The notes under the pieces were generated by a model. It saw only the letters and a list, made by a program, of their open reading frames with translations, ran no database searches and was not told where the DNA came from. From positions 384,001 to 448,000 of the forward strand of contig CAWHXP010000003.1 of assembly GCA_963833425.1 (NCBI GenBank): 64,000 bases of DNA, written 5' to 3'. The DNA is from an uncultured Methanosarcinaceae archaeon (GTDB lineage: Archaea; Halobacteriota; Methanosarcinia; Methanosarcinales; Methanosarcinaceae). Within the stretch, counting starts at the first letter, position 1; the number at the start of each line of letters is the position of its first letter. Both the position numbers and the translations under genes were made by a program. Below, piece after piece: positions 34,750-46,700 of the stretch.

Positions 34750-35640
34750 AGAAGAAAAAAATCTGGAAAAGATGTAAAAAAAGATGAGCAACATGCATGA
34801 CTTTCTGTAAAATCTGCTCGATACCTCCAATCTTTTTCTTTTGAGTTCTTTGTGAGTCAATTCCATTAAATTTGTTTTTCTTATTTCTGTCAAGCAATAA
34901 TCCAAAAACTGTAGATAGTCCGCTACATATACTGGAAGTTTTTAATTTATACATCTGATCTTTTATCACTCCGTAATACTGAGGACTTATCATTTCATGC
35001 AGTTTCTTGCAATATATCGATGTGTCTTTTAAATTTCTCAACAACTTTTCTCCTTTTTGACAACTTCTTGAGAATTATCTCATCAGTGTAAATGACAAAT
35101 GTGTACCTTGAGTCAAGAAAGGATTCTCATATTTCTTTCTGCACTCCTGTGTTTTTACCCAAAGATTAACTTGATGCATCTCAAAAATTTTCCATTCAGA
35201 TCATCGAAAAAAATATCCCAAAAGCAAAGAGCCTTCAATTTCTGAAAATCTTATCTCCAATGATCCACGATAATCATCATCCTTTATTCCAGCAACTACA
35301 CAGAGAATAGTGTTTTAATAGTAAGCCGTATCAGTACTTCGAAATAAGTAGCATCTATAAGCGAGTAAGGGATTTTTGTTTCTATTCTTTTTGAGAGGAA
35401 TTCTTCAAACTTTTGATCAAATTCTTTAGTAATCCTGGAAACAGAAGAAGATGATATAGCACCGAACTTCTAAAATATTTATGATCTTTTCTATCCTTCG
35501 AGGTAAAGACACTTTGCAGATCAGATTCAGCTACAGCAATTCGATGAATTTCCAAGATCTTGAATATCGGAATAATAATGATTATATTTGAGAACATATG
35601 ATTGTACAAGATTTACTTAATCTAATCCACTAACATAACT
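34750..35640 (-). mobile_element. Degenerate IS256-family transposase
   Basis: Frames give SSSVSRITKEFDQKFEEF, IPYSLIDATYFEV, VVAGIKDDDYR, ICHLH. Confidence 0.7.
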
Positions 35641-35902
35641 TTCCTATGTCATGTAACTTTCCTATTTCAGTTCGACCAGTAGATAACCGAGTCCAGAAAA
35701 TTAGAAAAACAAATCGGAAAAATTTTGTTAACAAAAAGTGGAGGTTATTTCCTCTCACGACTTTTCCAATTTTCGATAGTTAACTCTGAATAAAGAAGCT
35801 GAATTGCACTTTCTGATTTGTGAAAATTAGATTCAAACAAGATTTTCTCATCTGCGTCTCCAAAAAAGTATTCAACACAAAATCTTAAAGAAAATAAATA
35901 TG

Positions 35903-35992
35903 AAAAGATTTTGATAAAACTCTGATTTTCACAAGTCATATTATATGCAATTTATAAGTCTATGACAAAATAAAGAAATTTATCGAAATTTT
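35903..35992. mobile_element. MITE copy (degenerate)
   Basis: GATTTTGATAAAACTCTGATTTTCACAAG...ATTTATCGAAATTTTC. Confidence 0.65.
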
Positions 35993-36252
35993 CAGAATTA
36001 TAACTAAAGAGAAAAGATGATATAAATTAATGCATGAATTGAATAGGATATTGAGAGATCATAAGATCATCTACAAATATTATTCTCATTTATAACCATA
36101 AAATATATAGGGGAAAAATTATAGGAAAAAAATCCCTAAAGAAATGCTCTAAAAAGTTTTTAGCCTTTCAGAGCAGTCTATTAAATCTGCAAAAACCTGG
36201 AGTGATGAGGAAAGTAATCTTCTTTTGTTACAAACAAAATTTTTCTGCCAGC

Positions 36253-36767
36253 TCAGATTCGAGTACGTCTTAATATCATCCCCAATCTGGCTTTCAGTTC
36301 CAGGGAGTTAAATGGAGGAGTAATATAATCATCTGCTCCTGCCTCAAAAGCTTTAACTTTGTCTGTCACCTCACATCTTTCACTAAGCATTACTACCGGT
36401 ATCCACCAGTACCTAGAATTGGCCTTAAGCTGCCTGCATATCTCAAAACCGTCTATATTCCCAAGTCCAGTATCTAGACAGGACAAGGTCAGGTTTTTCG
36501 GTTCTTACGGTTTCAAGGAGCAGAAGAATTACCAGGAGCTTTGACAACATTATAATTTTCAGCTTCAAGCAACGGTTTCAGGCTATCATAGACATTATGT
36601 CCATAATTAACAATAAGGATTTTTTCCCTTGTATCCTTAAAGTCTTCAATGCGCATTTTTACCAGTTCTTCAGCAACCGAAAGCTCACAGGCAATATCCC
36701 TATCACTTATTTCAGGCTTTGCTTCAATCAATTTTAATATTTTATTATCTAGCTTTATGTCGTACAT
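36253..36767 (-). pseudogene. HTH plus response-regulator receiver protein, frameshifted
   Basis: N-terminal AsnC-like HTH (ISDRDIACELSV), then KPDLVL/LDT..IDGFEICRQLK..PVVMLS..GADDYIT.PF across two frame breaks at ~36480-36520. Confidence 0.8.
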
Positions 36768-37002
36768 TTACCCTCCGCCTCTATACAGTATACATTTTAT
36801 TAGGTATTAAACATTTCTAAAATATTTAGCTTTAACTAATATAGTAACTTATATATAGTATAGATGGAACAGAGTTCTCCAATTTTTTTCATGAATAGTC
36901 TGCCTTAATCAATAGGCAGATAAGTTTATAACCCTAAATAGCAAGTTAATATTGGAAATAAAAATCACTCACGAAGAGTAGCCACCTCTGAGATGATAAA
37001 CA

Positions 37003-37284
37003 ATGGATCCACTAGAGAAAATCTTCGGAAAAACTGCACAGATGACAGTACTTGAAAACCTGATAGAACACCAGAATGAATCGACCTACCTTTCTGGAAT
37101 AGCTGAAGAAACCGGACTGTCACATTCGAGCGTATCAAGGGTTATCACACCGTTGATTGGGTCAGGGATTGTCATAGAAAAACCACTGGGAAAGCAAATA
37201 AGAACTTTCCAGCTAAACATGGAAAACGAGGCAACGAAGTTAATAATAGATTTTTACAATAAAATAAATCAGATGTTAGAGTGA
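37003..37284 (+). CDS. Winged-helix DNA-binding protein
   Basis: YLSGIAEETGLSHSSVSRVITPLIGSGIV. Confidence 0.85.
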   Translation: MDPLEKIFGKTAQMTVLENLIEHQNESTYLSGIAEETGLSHSSVSRVITPLIGSGIVIEKPLGKQIRTFQLNMENEATKLIIDFYNKINQMLE

Positions 37285-37396
37285 GCTTGAAAAATAAGAA
37301 GCTCGAAAAAGAAAAATTTAGGAATAGGACAGAACAAGACTTTCTGTCCCTTCTTTCTAGGCTTTACATAAGTGATTGAAATATAAAACAATCCAA

Positions 37397-38348
37397 TTAA
37401 GAGGGTTCCGAAGATTTATCATGAAGCCTGTTTTTTCGGCCTTCTATGTACTCATTTGCAGCGGTCGCTGCTAGTGCACCATCCCTAACTGCTGCCACAA
37501 CCTGCCAAATCAGCGTGTCACGACAGTCCCCAGCTGCATAAATGCCTTTAACTGATGTCTCAAGCGAATTGTTAGTTTGGATAAAGCCTTCTCCATCCTT
37601 GTCCACATTAAAAATTTCAGTATTAGGATGGATGCCAATAGATATAAAAACACCATCTATAGCCAATTCGTGGATTTCTCCATTTTTTAGATCTTTAAAA
37701 ATTATTTTTGCTACCTTTCGAATTTCTCCGCCGCTTCCTACAATTTCCATAACAGAAGCATTTAGAATGAATTTGATATTCGAAGTTACTGAAGCCCGAT
37801 CCTGAAGGATTTTTGCAGCTCTAAATTTATCTCTTTTGTGTAGGAGATAGACCTGCCGGGCAATTTTTGAAAGGAAAAGTGCCTCCGTAATTGCCGAGTT
37901 ACCACCGCCGATCACTACGACGGTTTTGTTTCGAAAAAAAGGTCCATCACAGATAGCGCAGTAGGAAACTCCTCTACTTATAAGTTCTTCTTCTCCTGGA
38001 ACATTAATTTTCTTTGGGTTTGCACCTGTGGCAATTATAACAGTTCTTGATTCAAAAATTCCGATGCCCGTGTAAATTATTTTCTTTGCCCCTTCATAAT
38101 GAACTGAGACGACTTCTGCTATCTTTGTCTGTACTCCTGCTTCTTGGGCATGGTTTTTGTATTTATCCATTAATTCAAGTCCTGAGATAGATTGGAAACC
38201 AGGATAATTTTCCACTATATCTGCAAGTGCTATTTGGCCACTAATTTCACTCCTTTCAAGAATAAGGGTTTCAAGGCCCGATGCGTACTGCATAAATTCC
38301 AGCTGTGAGCCCTGCAGGCCCCCCTCCTATGATTATCAGGTCGTACAT
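37397..38348 (-). pseudogene. trxB: Thioredoxin-disulfide reductase with a 5' frameshift near 38283
   Basis: MYDLIIIGGGPAGLTAGIYAVR in another frame from ATG 38348 (RBS GAGGT); CAICD, GGGNSA, YAAGD. Confidence 0.9.
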
Positions 38349-38404
38349 GCTACCTCACAAGTCCAAAAAAATTGTTCCAGAAAAGTCCAAAATGAGTTAA
38401 TAAA

Positions 38405-38647
38405 TTAGCTAATGCTAGCAATAGCGTCGGCTTTTTTAGGAAGACCTGTAAAAGCTACCTTCCCATCAATGATGGTTGTAGGCACGCCAGCTATCCCATA
38501 TTTATCTATCAATACCTGGCCCTGCGGAGTTTCCACATCGACTTCCTCATACTCAAAATCATAGTCTGATTTCAGATCTTTCCAAAATTTGCGAGCTGAT
38601 GGACAGATAGTGCACCAGCTGGCGTGAATAAGTGTAACTTTAGCCAT
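38405..38647 (-). CDS. Thioredoxin/glutaredoxin-like redox protein
   Basis: WCTICP, GVPT; upstream of trxB. Confidence 0.9.
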   Translation of the reverse strand: MAKVTLIHASWCTICPSARKFWKDLKSDYDFEYEEVDVETPQGQVLIDKYGIAGVPTTIIDGKVAFTGLPKKADAIASIS

Positions 38648-39408
38648 GATAAAAGCACCTCTAGACAAAAACACCTCTAAAAACTGCGATGATCTTTACT
38701 ATATTTAGAATTTCTGATTTATTGCATTCGATTACCAGTTTTATTAGGATAAATTTTTATGATTTTAGAATATATTAAAAAGCCTCAAAAATGTTCGCAA
38801 AATCATTGTACTAATCAATTTACAGATATAAATAAGTTAAGCATCAGTCGCACTTCTATTTGCTGTAGTTTAAATGGCTACTATCATTTGGTTACAATTT
38901 TCCCCTAATAGTTCACAAGAAAAAACTTTATCCGTAAATCTTAATTCCATTTTATTGTAATCCCTCTAGAAAATTCAATACTGTAGAGTTCTAAAATAGA
39001 AATTATTTGTGAGCCTTGGCTAGGCTATTTTGTGCTTTTTTTCCCAAGTATTTACCGAAATATTCTTTAAATTAAGGTTAGATTGAAAAAATAAATCACA
39101 TTCTTGTTTACAAATGTGAAAACTAGGCTGGATAAATAAACATCATATGCTTAAATGTTTTTTATTTGCTTTATTTCAGAATTATTTTTGTGTTCTAATT
39201 TATTTGTAAGCGATATCAAACTTTGTTTTTTAACTTTAGATAAACATATCACGAAGCAAAAAATATATCTAATTTTGAATTTCGGTTCATCTTGCAGGTT
39301 TTTAGATTGAAGCCTTAAAATGAACATTATTAATTTCAATAGATAATATTGTAACCGGAAATAATTATATTTATAAGTGGGTGAGTAATAAAAGGCAGGA
39401 GAAAATAA

Positions 39409-40047
39409 TTGATAGCTGAAAAACTCGGATTTTTAATATATACATTCACAACCATCCTTGTTGTTGTCAGCCCCATCAGTGGAGTTGTAACTTTCATCTC
39501 CCTGACATGTGAGATGACAAATGAGGAAAAAAATGAAATTGCAAAAAAGTCCGTCACACTTGCATGTTTGATTGCCCTTTTTTTTGCTATTACAGGGGAC
39601 ATAATGCTCAATCTGTTCAGCATCAGTGTGGATTCACTGCGAGTTGCAGGAGGAATCCTTCTATTCAGCATTTCTTTTGATATGATGCATGCAAAGATCT
39701 CACGAGAGAGTATTACTGAAGAAGAGATTTCTCAATCCCAGGAACGTGACGATATATGGATATTTCCGATAGGTCTTCCGCTCCTGACTGGGCCAGGAAC
39801 GATCAGTACAGTGATTGTCCTAATGGGAGGAGCACAAAATATTGAGCAAAAAATAATGATCATTGCATCGATCATATTGGCGTTTGTCGTATGTATTTGC
39901 ATTTTCCTATTCTCAAGGAGTATTCATAAGTTGATTGGGTATAACGGAATATTGGTTTTGACCCGGCTCATGGGACTTTTGCTTGCAGCTCTTGCTGTAC
40001 ACCTAACTGTTACCGGAATCATAAATATTTTTAAGTTAACAGTTTGA
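39409..40047 (+). CDS. MarC-family membrane protein
   Basis: AGGILLF, FPIGLPLLTGPGTI, TRLMGLLLAALAV. Confidence 0.92.
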   Translation: MIAEKLGFLIYTFTTILVVVSPISGVVTFISLTCEMTNEEKNEIAKKSVTLACLIALFFAITGDIMLNLFSISVDSLRVAGGILLFSISFDMMHAKISRESITEEEISQSQERDDIWIFPIGLPLLTGPGTISTVIVLMGGAQNIEQKIMIIASIILAFVVCICIFLFSRSIHKLIGYNGILVLTRLMGLLLAALAVHLTVTGIINIFKLTV

Positions 40048-40964
40048 GACAGTCATATGGATAAATGTAAGTTATGAAACAATAACCAAAAAACAGACGT
40101 GGAGTAGAAAGCAAGCTTTCAGAACTTTCGGTACACTATCTGATTTAATATTAATTCATCAATAAAATAATTGAAATATCTGCAGTTACCATCTTTAGGA
40201 AAAAATTTTCAGCTATGAGCTGCACAATAATTATATTACTTTTTTGTGTCCTTCAAATCGTGGCAATTTTACAGTCAGTGAGATTAAAATTAGTTTGAAT
40301 ATTTTTTTGTTCAAATAAATATAACGTACTTGAGTCGGCTTATTCCCACCAATATATATGTCATATCATATTTTAAAGACAAACAATCTCGAGAAAAATA
40401 TTTATAAAATAGTTAAGCTAATACCACTTTACAGAAAAGATAAATAAAATTTCCGAAGTAAATAAGATACTATCGATGCGTGCAACATAAACAGTAGTTC
40501 TCAAACCAATTCATGATGAGGTCTGATTGCCACCATAGTTAATTTGTTTAAAGCTCGCATCCATACCACGTGTTCCATCGTATTGCAATAAGCATTAGTT
40601 GGATTCCATGTTACAAGATATACTATTTTTGTTTCAATTTCTCCGCCTTTGATAACTTCTATATCCTGATAGCCCAACGAACTATCAAATGTTATTTAAT
40701 TGTACCCACACTTAAGCCCAACAGCAATCAAATTCCAACCGCTTGGTTTGTTGTTATATTTTGATCACCTTCATTTTTGAAATATTAAGTTCCAACTACA
40801 TATTCGCAATCTTGGGGAAAAGTCTTATATTTTTCAATATTAGATGCCAGATCCAACTCCATATCATAATAACAAGCATTGTCAGCCTGGAGATTAGAAG
40901 ATATCTTCCTAATCCAATAATGTTTATTTTAGTTCCAAACAAATCAACACTCATGGATACTCGG

Positions 40965-41170
40965 AGAGAAAAGAGCTCCGATGATCTAATTTTATAGAAA
41001 CTAACTCCCAAGAAGCTGCTCTAGATTGGGCTAACTTGCGGAAGCTAACCCTATGGAGGCAAACCTTGAGAAGTGACCTTAGAGAAAATAATTCATTAGG
41101 GCAGCAGTTTCTAGAGTATCAAAGAAATTTTTAGAAGCTAACGTAGACAACAATCTTGAGAGAAGCTAGG
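40965..41170 (+). pseudogene. Pentapeptide-repeat protein remnant
   Basis: Broken A(N/D)Lxx units: TNSQE AALDW ANL, ANPME ANLEK. Confidence 0.5.
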
Positions 41171-41175
41171 CCCAT

Positions 41176-41266
41176 AGATTATTTCGATAAATTCCTTAAT
41201 TTCGTCTTATGCTTATAAATGGTGTACATGTGACTCGTGAAAATCAGAGGATTTTTTGAATCCTCT
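41176..41266. mobile_element. MITE copy
   Basis: AGATTATTTCGATAAATTCC...CAGAGGATTTTTTGAATCCTCT. Confidence 0.7.
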
Positions 41267-41358
41267 TTAACTATATTTTTGAACAATATCTTTGAAATAG
41301 TGTATCTTTTTATGTGTAGTTTTTTATTTTATTGTGCAGGAAATAGAGTATTTATTAA

Positions 41359-42496
41359 AGAGAATTTCGATAAACTCCATGCTCTTGAGCATGGTTGACT
41401 TTAAATTTGTTAATATTTATGTATATTCATGAAAACTCTTACTGATTTTGCTCTTAAAGAAGAGTATAAACGTCTTGAATCTGTTGGAGATCAGCTTGCT
41501 GAAATTGCTTCCTGAATTGATTGGAAAAAGTTTCGTATTATTCTTGAGTCTATGTCTATTAACAAAACCGTTTCAAGAGGGAGACCTGAAACTGATGTCA
41601 TTGTGATGTTCAAAATGCTTGTTTTACAACAATGGCATGGTCTCTCTGATTTTGAACTTGAGAAACAGTGTATAGATCGAATTTCTTTTAGGAAATTCCT
41701 TGGATTTCCGGAATACGTACCTGACAGTACTACTGTATGGCTATTTAGGGAAAGAATTATCGAGAATTTCAAAGAAAATATGGGGAAAGTTGCAAAGCCA
41801 ACTTGCTGCTCTGGGTTTACAGATAAAGCAGGGAATGATTCAGGATGCTACTTTTATCCATTCAGATCCAGGACATGCAAAAGCAGAGAGATGAGGCAAA
41901 AACAAGAAGAAGCAGAGATGGAACATGGACAAAGAAGGGAGGGAAATCTCACTTTGGATATAAGCGTCATAATATAATAGACCAAGATTATGAACTGATC
42001 AGAAGATTCAAAACAACAACTGCGTCAGTACATGATTCGTATGTAGATTTGACAGAGGAAAATGAAGTGGTTTATAGGGACAGAGGATACTTTGGAGCAA
42101 AAACGAAAGGGTATAATGCAACAATGAAAAGAGCAGTCAAAGGACATATGTTGGGAATAAAGGATATATTAAGAAATAAGAGAATTAACTCAAAAAGAGT
42201 CCAAGGGGAAAGAGTTTATTCAGTAACGAAAGAAATTTTCAAAGCAGGAAGAGTTTTTGTTACTACTGTTAAAATAGTAAATCTAAAAATGTTGTGTACG
42301 GCTTTTTGTTATAATCTCTATCAATTAAGGACATTGAAAATAAAAAAAAAGTATATTGAAGATAGCGGAAGCTATCTTTAAAATCAAAGAATTGAGAATA
42401 AGTAAAGCCAAAAAGAGGAATTAAATAGAGAAATTGAGGGGAAGATACGAGAAATTACTGCTAAGAAATAAAATCCGAAGTTTATCGAAATCCTCT
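41359..42496 (+). mobile_element. IS5-family element, copy B, defective transposase
   Basis: 1138 bp, AGAGAATTTCGATAAACT...AGTTTATCGAAATCCTCT; inverted near-copy of 15921-17058. Confidence 0.92.
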
Positions 42497-42792
42497 ATAA
42501 TTAGAGAAGAAATCAAAGCAGATTCAATTAACTTGTAAGAGAGAGAAAAAGGAAGAAAATAAGGGGAAAATATAGAAAGCAATTGAACCTGATCTTTGAC
42601 AAAATTAAATCTAAACAAAGAAATATTGTGGAGACAATATTTTCTATAGTTAAAAGAAAATTAGGAGAAACACTTAGGACAAGGACATTCCGTTATCAAG
42701 TAAAAGAGATTAAAATTAAATTAATAATACACAACATAAACAAAAAAAGTAATAGAAATAATTTGCATAAAGTTAAGAATTTCTACAGAGCC
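42497..42792 (+). mobile_element. 3' part of the second DDE element
   Basis: IIREEIKADS..QRNIVETIFSIVKRKLGE..QVKEIKIKLI; ends ATTTCTACAGAGCC, the inverse of the end at 17736. Confidence 0.8.
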
Positions 42793-42794
42793 GA

Positions 42795-43170
42795 AGTTCA
42801 AAGATTTTATCCTTCCGTTGTATGATACCTATTAAAACGAATGATTTTGTGTGATCGTGTTAAATTGGCATTTAATGAAGGATCAATTATTGAAGAAACC
42901 ATTAATCTATGTGCTGCAATCTCAGCTAAATCACATGAAGATGCTAGGAAAGCAATTGAACTTTTAAGAGCTTCTGCGATATACACTGAAGAAAATGGAT
43001 TTTCACAAGTTCTTCAAGAACACATAGATAAAGTGTTTGATACAGTTGATGCGGATAGATTTGAAAAATTAGTTCCCATAATGGCGTTTCACACAAAAAT
43101 AGTATTGCTTGCGATTTTATAATTGATAATTCATAATAAGAAGACTACTACTACAACAAAAATCAAAGAA
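42795..43170 (+). pseudogene. Orc1/Cdc6 replication initiator fragment
   Basis: IL.DRVKLAFNEG.I.EETINLCAAISAKSHEDARKAIELLR..EHI resembles the Cdc6 lid/sensor-2 (GDARxAIDLLR) region. Confidence 0.7.
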
Positions 43171-43710
43171 TTCACTCTCAGAAAAGAGAAAAGTGCTTCA
43201 GGAAGAGGGATCGAATTAGACATTCCTTCGGAATAAAAACTAAAGAGTTGCTATACCAAGATTATAGATTGGAAGATGCTAGGAATGTAGAATCTGCACA
43301 GTTTATTTTATAAGTTTTCGCTGATTACGGTTTTTTTATGTAAATTTTGATTGATGCGTATCTGTTTTCTTCATCACAAAAAATGGGATTTATTATTTTT
43401 ATTGATGAATAGGTTTTGCTATATAACCTATGCATCCGTAATTTTGGCATTGATCAATAATTTAAAGGCACTATTTACTTACATATATTTTAAAAATAGT
43501 AAGAAGTTTTTTGACCCCTTACTTTTTAACTGTTATTAGGACGTTGGATACTTATTCCAAATAATTTCTATTTACTTAACTTGATTGCTTAAAGTATCAA
43601 TTGTAGTATTATACTGTATTAATGTTTTTCTCTTTGTTGACACCCCCTACCTAGTTGATCTCTTACCTAGTTAATAGTTTTTCAGGCTAATTAGGAGTCT
43701 ACTATGTTGG

Positions 43711-46700
43711 TTATGTCACAGTTATTGTAACTGTTGATATTTTTGTACTTGTACCAACTACATTGCTTGCTGTCAGTGTAGGGGTATAGATCCCTGCTGT
43801 ATTGTAAATATGCTCTGGGTTCTGTTGTGTAGAATTCGTTCCATCTCCAAAGTCCCAGTACCATGATGTTGGTTCTCCTGTAGTTCTATCAGTGAACTGT
43901 ACATCAAGTGGAACAGGACCTTCGGTTTGATTGATTCTGAAATGTGCATCAGGCATACTCATTGCAGTTATTGGAACTGTTGATATTTTTGTACTTGTAC
44001 CAACTACATTGCTTGCTGTCAGTGTAGGGATATAGATTCCTGCTGTATTGTAACTATGCTCTGGATTCTGTAGGGTAGAATTAGTTCCATCTCCAAAGTC
44101 CCAGTACCAAGACGTTGGTCCTCCTGTAGTTTTATCCGTGAACTGTACAGTAAGTGGAACAGTACCTTGGGTTTGATTGATTCTGAAATGTGCATCAAGA
44201 ATACCCTCTGTAGTTATTGGAACTGTTGATATCATCGTGTTTGTACCAGCTATATTGCCTGCTGTCAGTGTAGGGATATAGATTCCTGCTGTATTGTAAC
44301 TATGCTCTGGATTCTGTAGGGTAGAATTAGTTCCATCTCCAAAGCCCCAGTACCATGATGTTGGTGATCCTTTAGAGTTATCCGTGAACTGTACATCAAG
44401 TGGAACAGGACCTTGGGTTTGATTGATTCCGAAATTTGCAGAAGGCATACCAAGTACATTGATTGAAGCAGTAGCAGATGTTATATTATAGTCTACAAGA
44501 TCATCTGGTAGGAATAAAACATTCAGCAGTTGTTGACCTACACTCAATACATCCCCTGCTGGCAGAGTGTAAAAAAAGAATCCAGGTACTGAAGCTCCCG
44601 ATATTGGATCTAAAGCAGTTGCATCTAGCTGAATGTTGCTCAATGCTGTTCCATATGCTATGTTAGCAGGGTTACTCCAGGTAATTGTAGGAGTAGCTTG
44701 TGTCACATTTAGTGAAACACTATCTGTTGCTATAGTATAGTTTGCAGAATCAGTTGGCGTTAAAGTAGCATTCAAGGTATGGGTACCTACACCTAATATA
44801 GTTCCTGCTACTGGATTATAGCTAATAGGTCCAGGTACAGATCCAGTTGCATCTAGCTGAGTGTTGCTCAATGCTGTTCCATGGGTTATGTTAGCGGGGT
44901 TACTCCAAATAATTGTGGGAATCGCCTGGTTTACAGTGATCGAATTAGTAATTATCCTTCCACTAGTATAGTTTGTAGAATCACTTGGTGTGAAAGAAGC
45001 AATTAATGTCTGTTTACCAGCACTTAATACAGTTCCTATTTTTACTACAGTTCCAGTTGAATTTGTATAAACAAATGACCCAGCTAATGGTTTTCCATTG
45101 AATGTAGCACTTGCATCTAGCTGAACGTTGCTCAATGGTGTTCCATAGACTATGTCAGCAGGGTTATTCCAGGTAATTGTAGGAGTCGCTTGCTGTACAG
45201 ATATTTGAGATGTCATTGAACTTGTGCCGTTTGCGTTGCTTACAGTCTCATTGACGTTGTAGTTTCCTGCTGCAAAAGTATGAATGGGATTCTGCTGAGT
45301 TGAGTTCGCTCCATCACCAAAGTCCCAATTCCATCCGGTCGCATTTTCAGAAAGGTCTGTAAACTGCACAGAAAGAGGAGCATAACCACTGTTTACATCT
45401 GTGCTAAAGTTGGCAACAGGATAAATTGGTGTAAGAACCAAACCGACATCTAGATCAGTAACTGGTGGTGGGACAGATACCCCAATACTATTATTAAATT
45501 CATATCCAGGAGCTTCTACATGTACACGATAAGAGCCTGGAATAACGTCCCATTGATACATTCCATCTGCATCAGAAGTTAATGGATTTATATCGGGTTG
45601 AGCAATAGGTGGAGATTCACCTGTAGGAACATTCTCCCATGCTGTACCATTAGGCTGCTGCAGCCAAACAGATGCACCAGCTATACGTTCGAAGGTATTA
45701 GCATCATAAATATATCCCGCTGGGTCAACATAAATATTAAAGGTCACATTTTGAACACTACATCCATACACTGTATAATTTACTCTTGCATTGCCATGAT
45801 GTTGTGGGTAGAACGTTGTTGTGTAGGTCCAGTTTGGTGATCCTCCAGCCATACTTCCAACAACACTCGTACCGTCGTCAAATAGAATATCTATGTCTAC
45901 TCCCGTCGCAGCAGCACAGCTATTATACGAAAAGGTTGTCGGATTACCCCAATAAACAGAAAGTTGGCCTATTCCTCCATTATTTGGTTCAACTGTAACG
46001 TTTTGTGGAAGTGGATTTTGAATAACAGATGTATTGGCCTGTACTTTATTGGATGCGTAGAACCCAGAATATGACCCACTAATGTTGGCATTGTTAGTAA
46101 TCACAGTTCCAACTGGAACATCTTCCGGTATTTCAACTGTTAAGTTTTGGTAACCAGAATTATTTAGAGTGGACCCTATGTCCCATGTAATCGTTCCAGT
46201 AGAAGAGTCATAATTTCCGTTATTTGAAGCAGACACAAACGTAACATTGTTAGGTAATGTGTCTGTAAGAATTACATTTGAAACAGGTATCTGTGTATAA
46301 TTTGTGTAGTACAGCCAATATGTCATTGAAGTTCCGTTGTATGCACTCAATGGTACCTGTTTGGTGAGAACAAGTGGATTTAATACATTTATCGAAGCAT
46401 TCGCTGATGTTGTAGTATAGTTTGCAGTATCATTTGGCGTGAAAGTAGTATTCAATATCCATGTACCTCCACTTAGTACAGTCCCTGATGGCGGACTATA
46501 AACAAAGTTTCCAGATACTGTGGCTCCAGATACTGGATCTGAAGCAGATGCATCTAGCTGATCGTTGCTTAATGGTGTTCCATAGTATACATTAGGCGGA
46601 TTCCAGTTAATGATAGGAACCCCCTGTGTTACATTGATCGAAACATTTGCTGATGCTGTAGTATAGTTTGCAATATCTGTGGGTGTGAAAGTAGTATTTA

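Noticed and set aside
40450..40960. Possible decayed gene on the minus strand
   Set aside because: Looks coding-like but I could not assign any family
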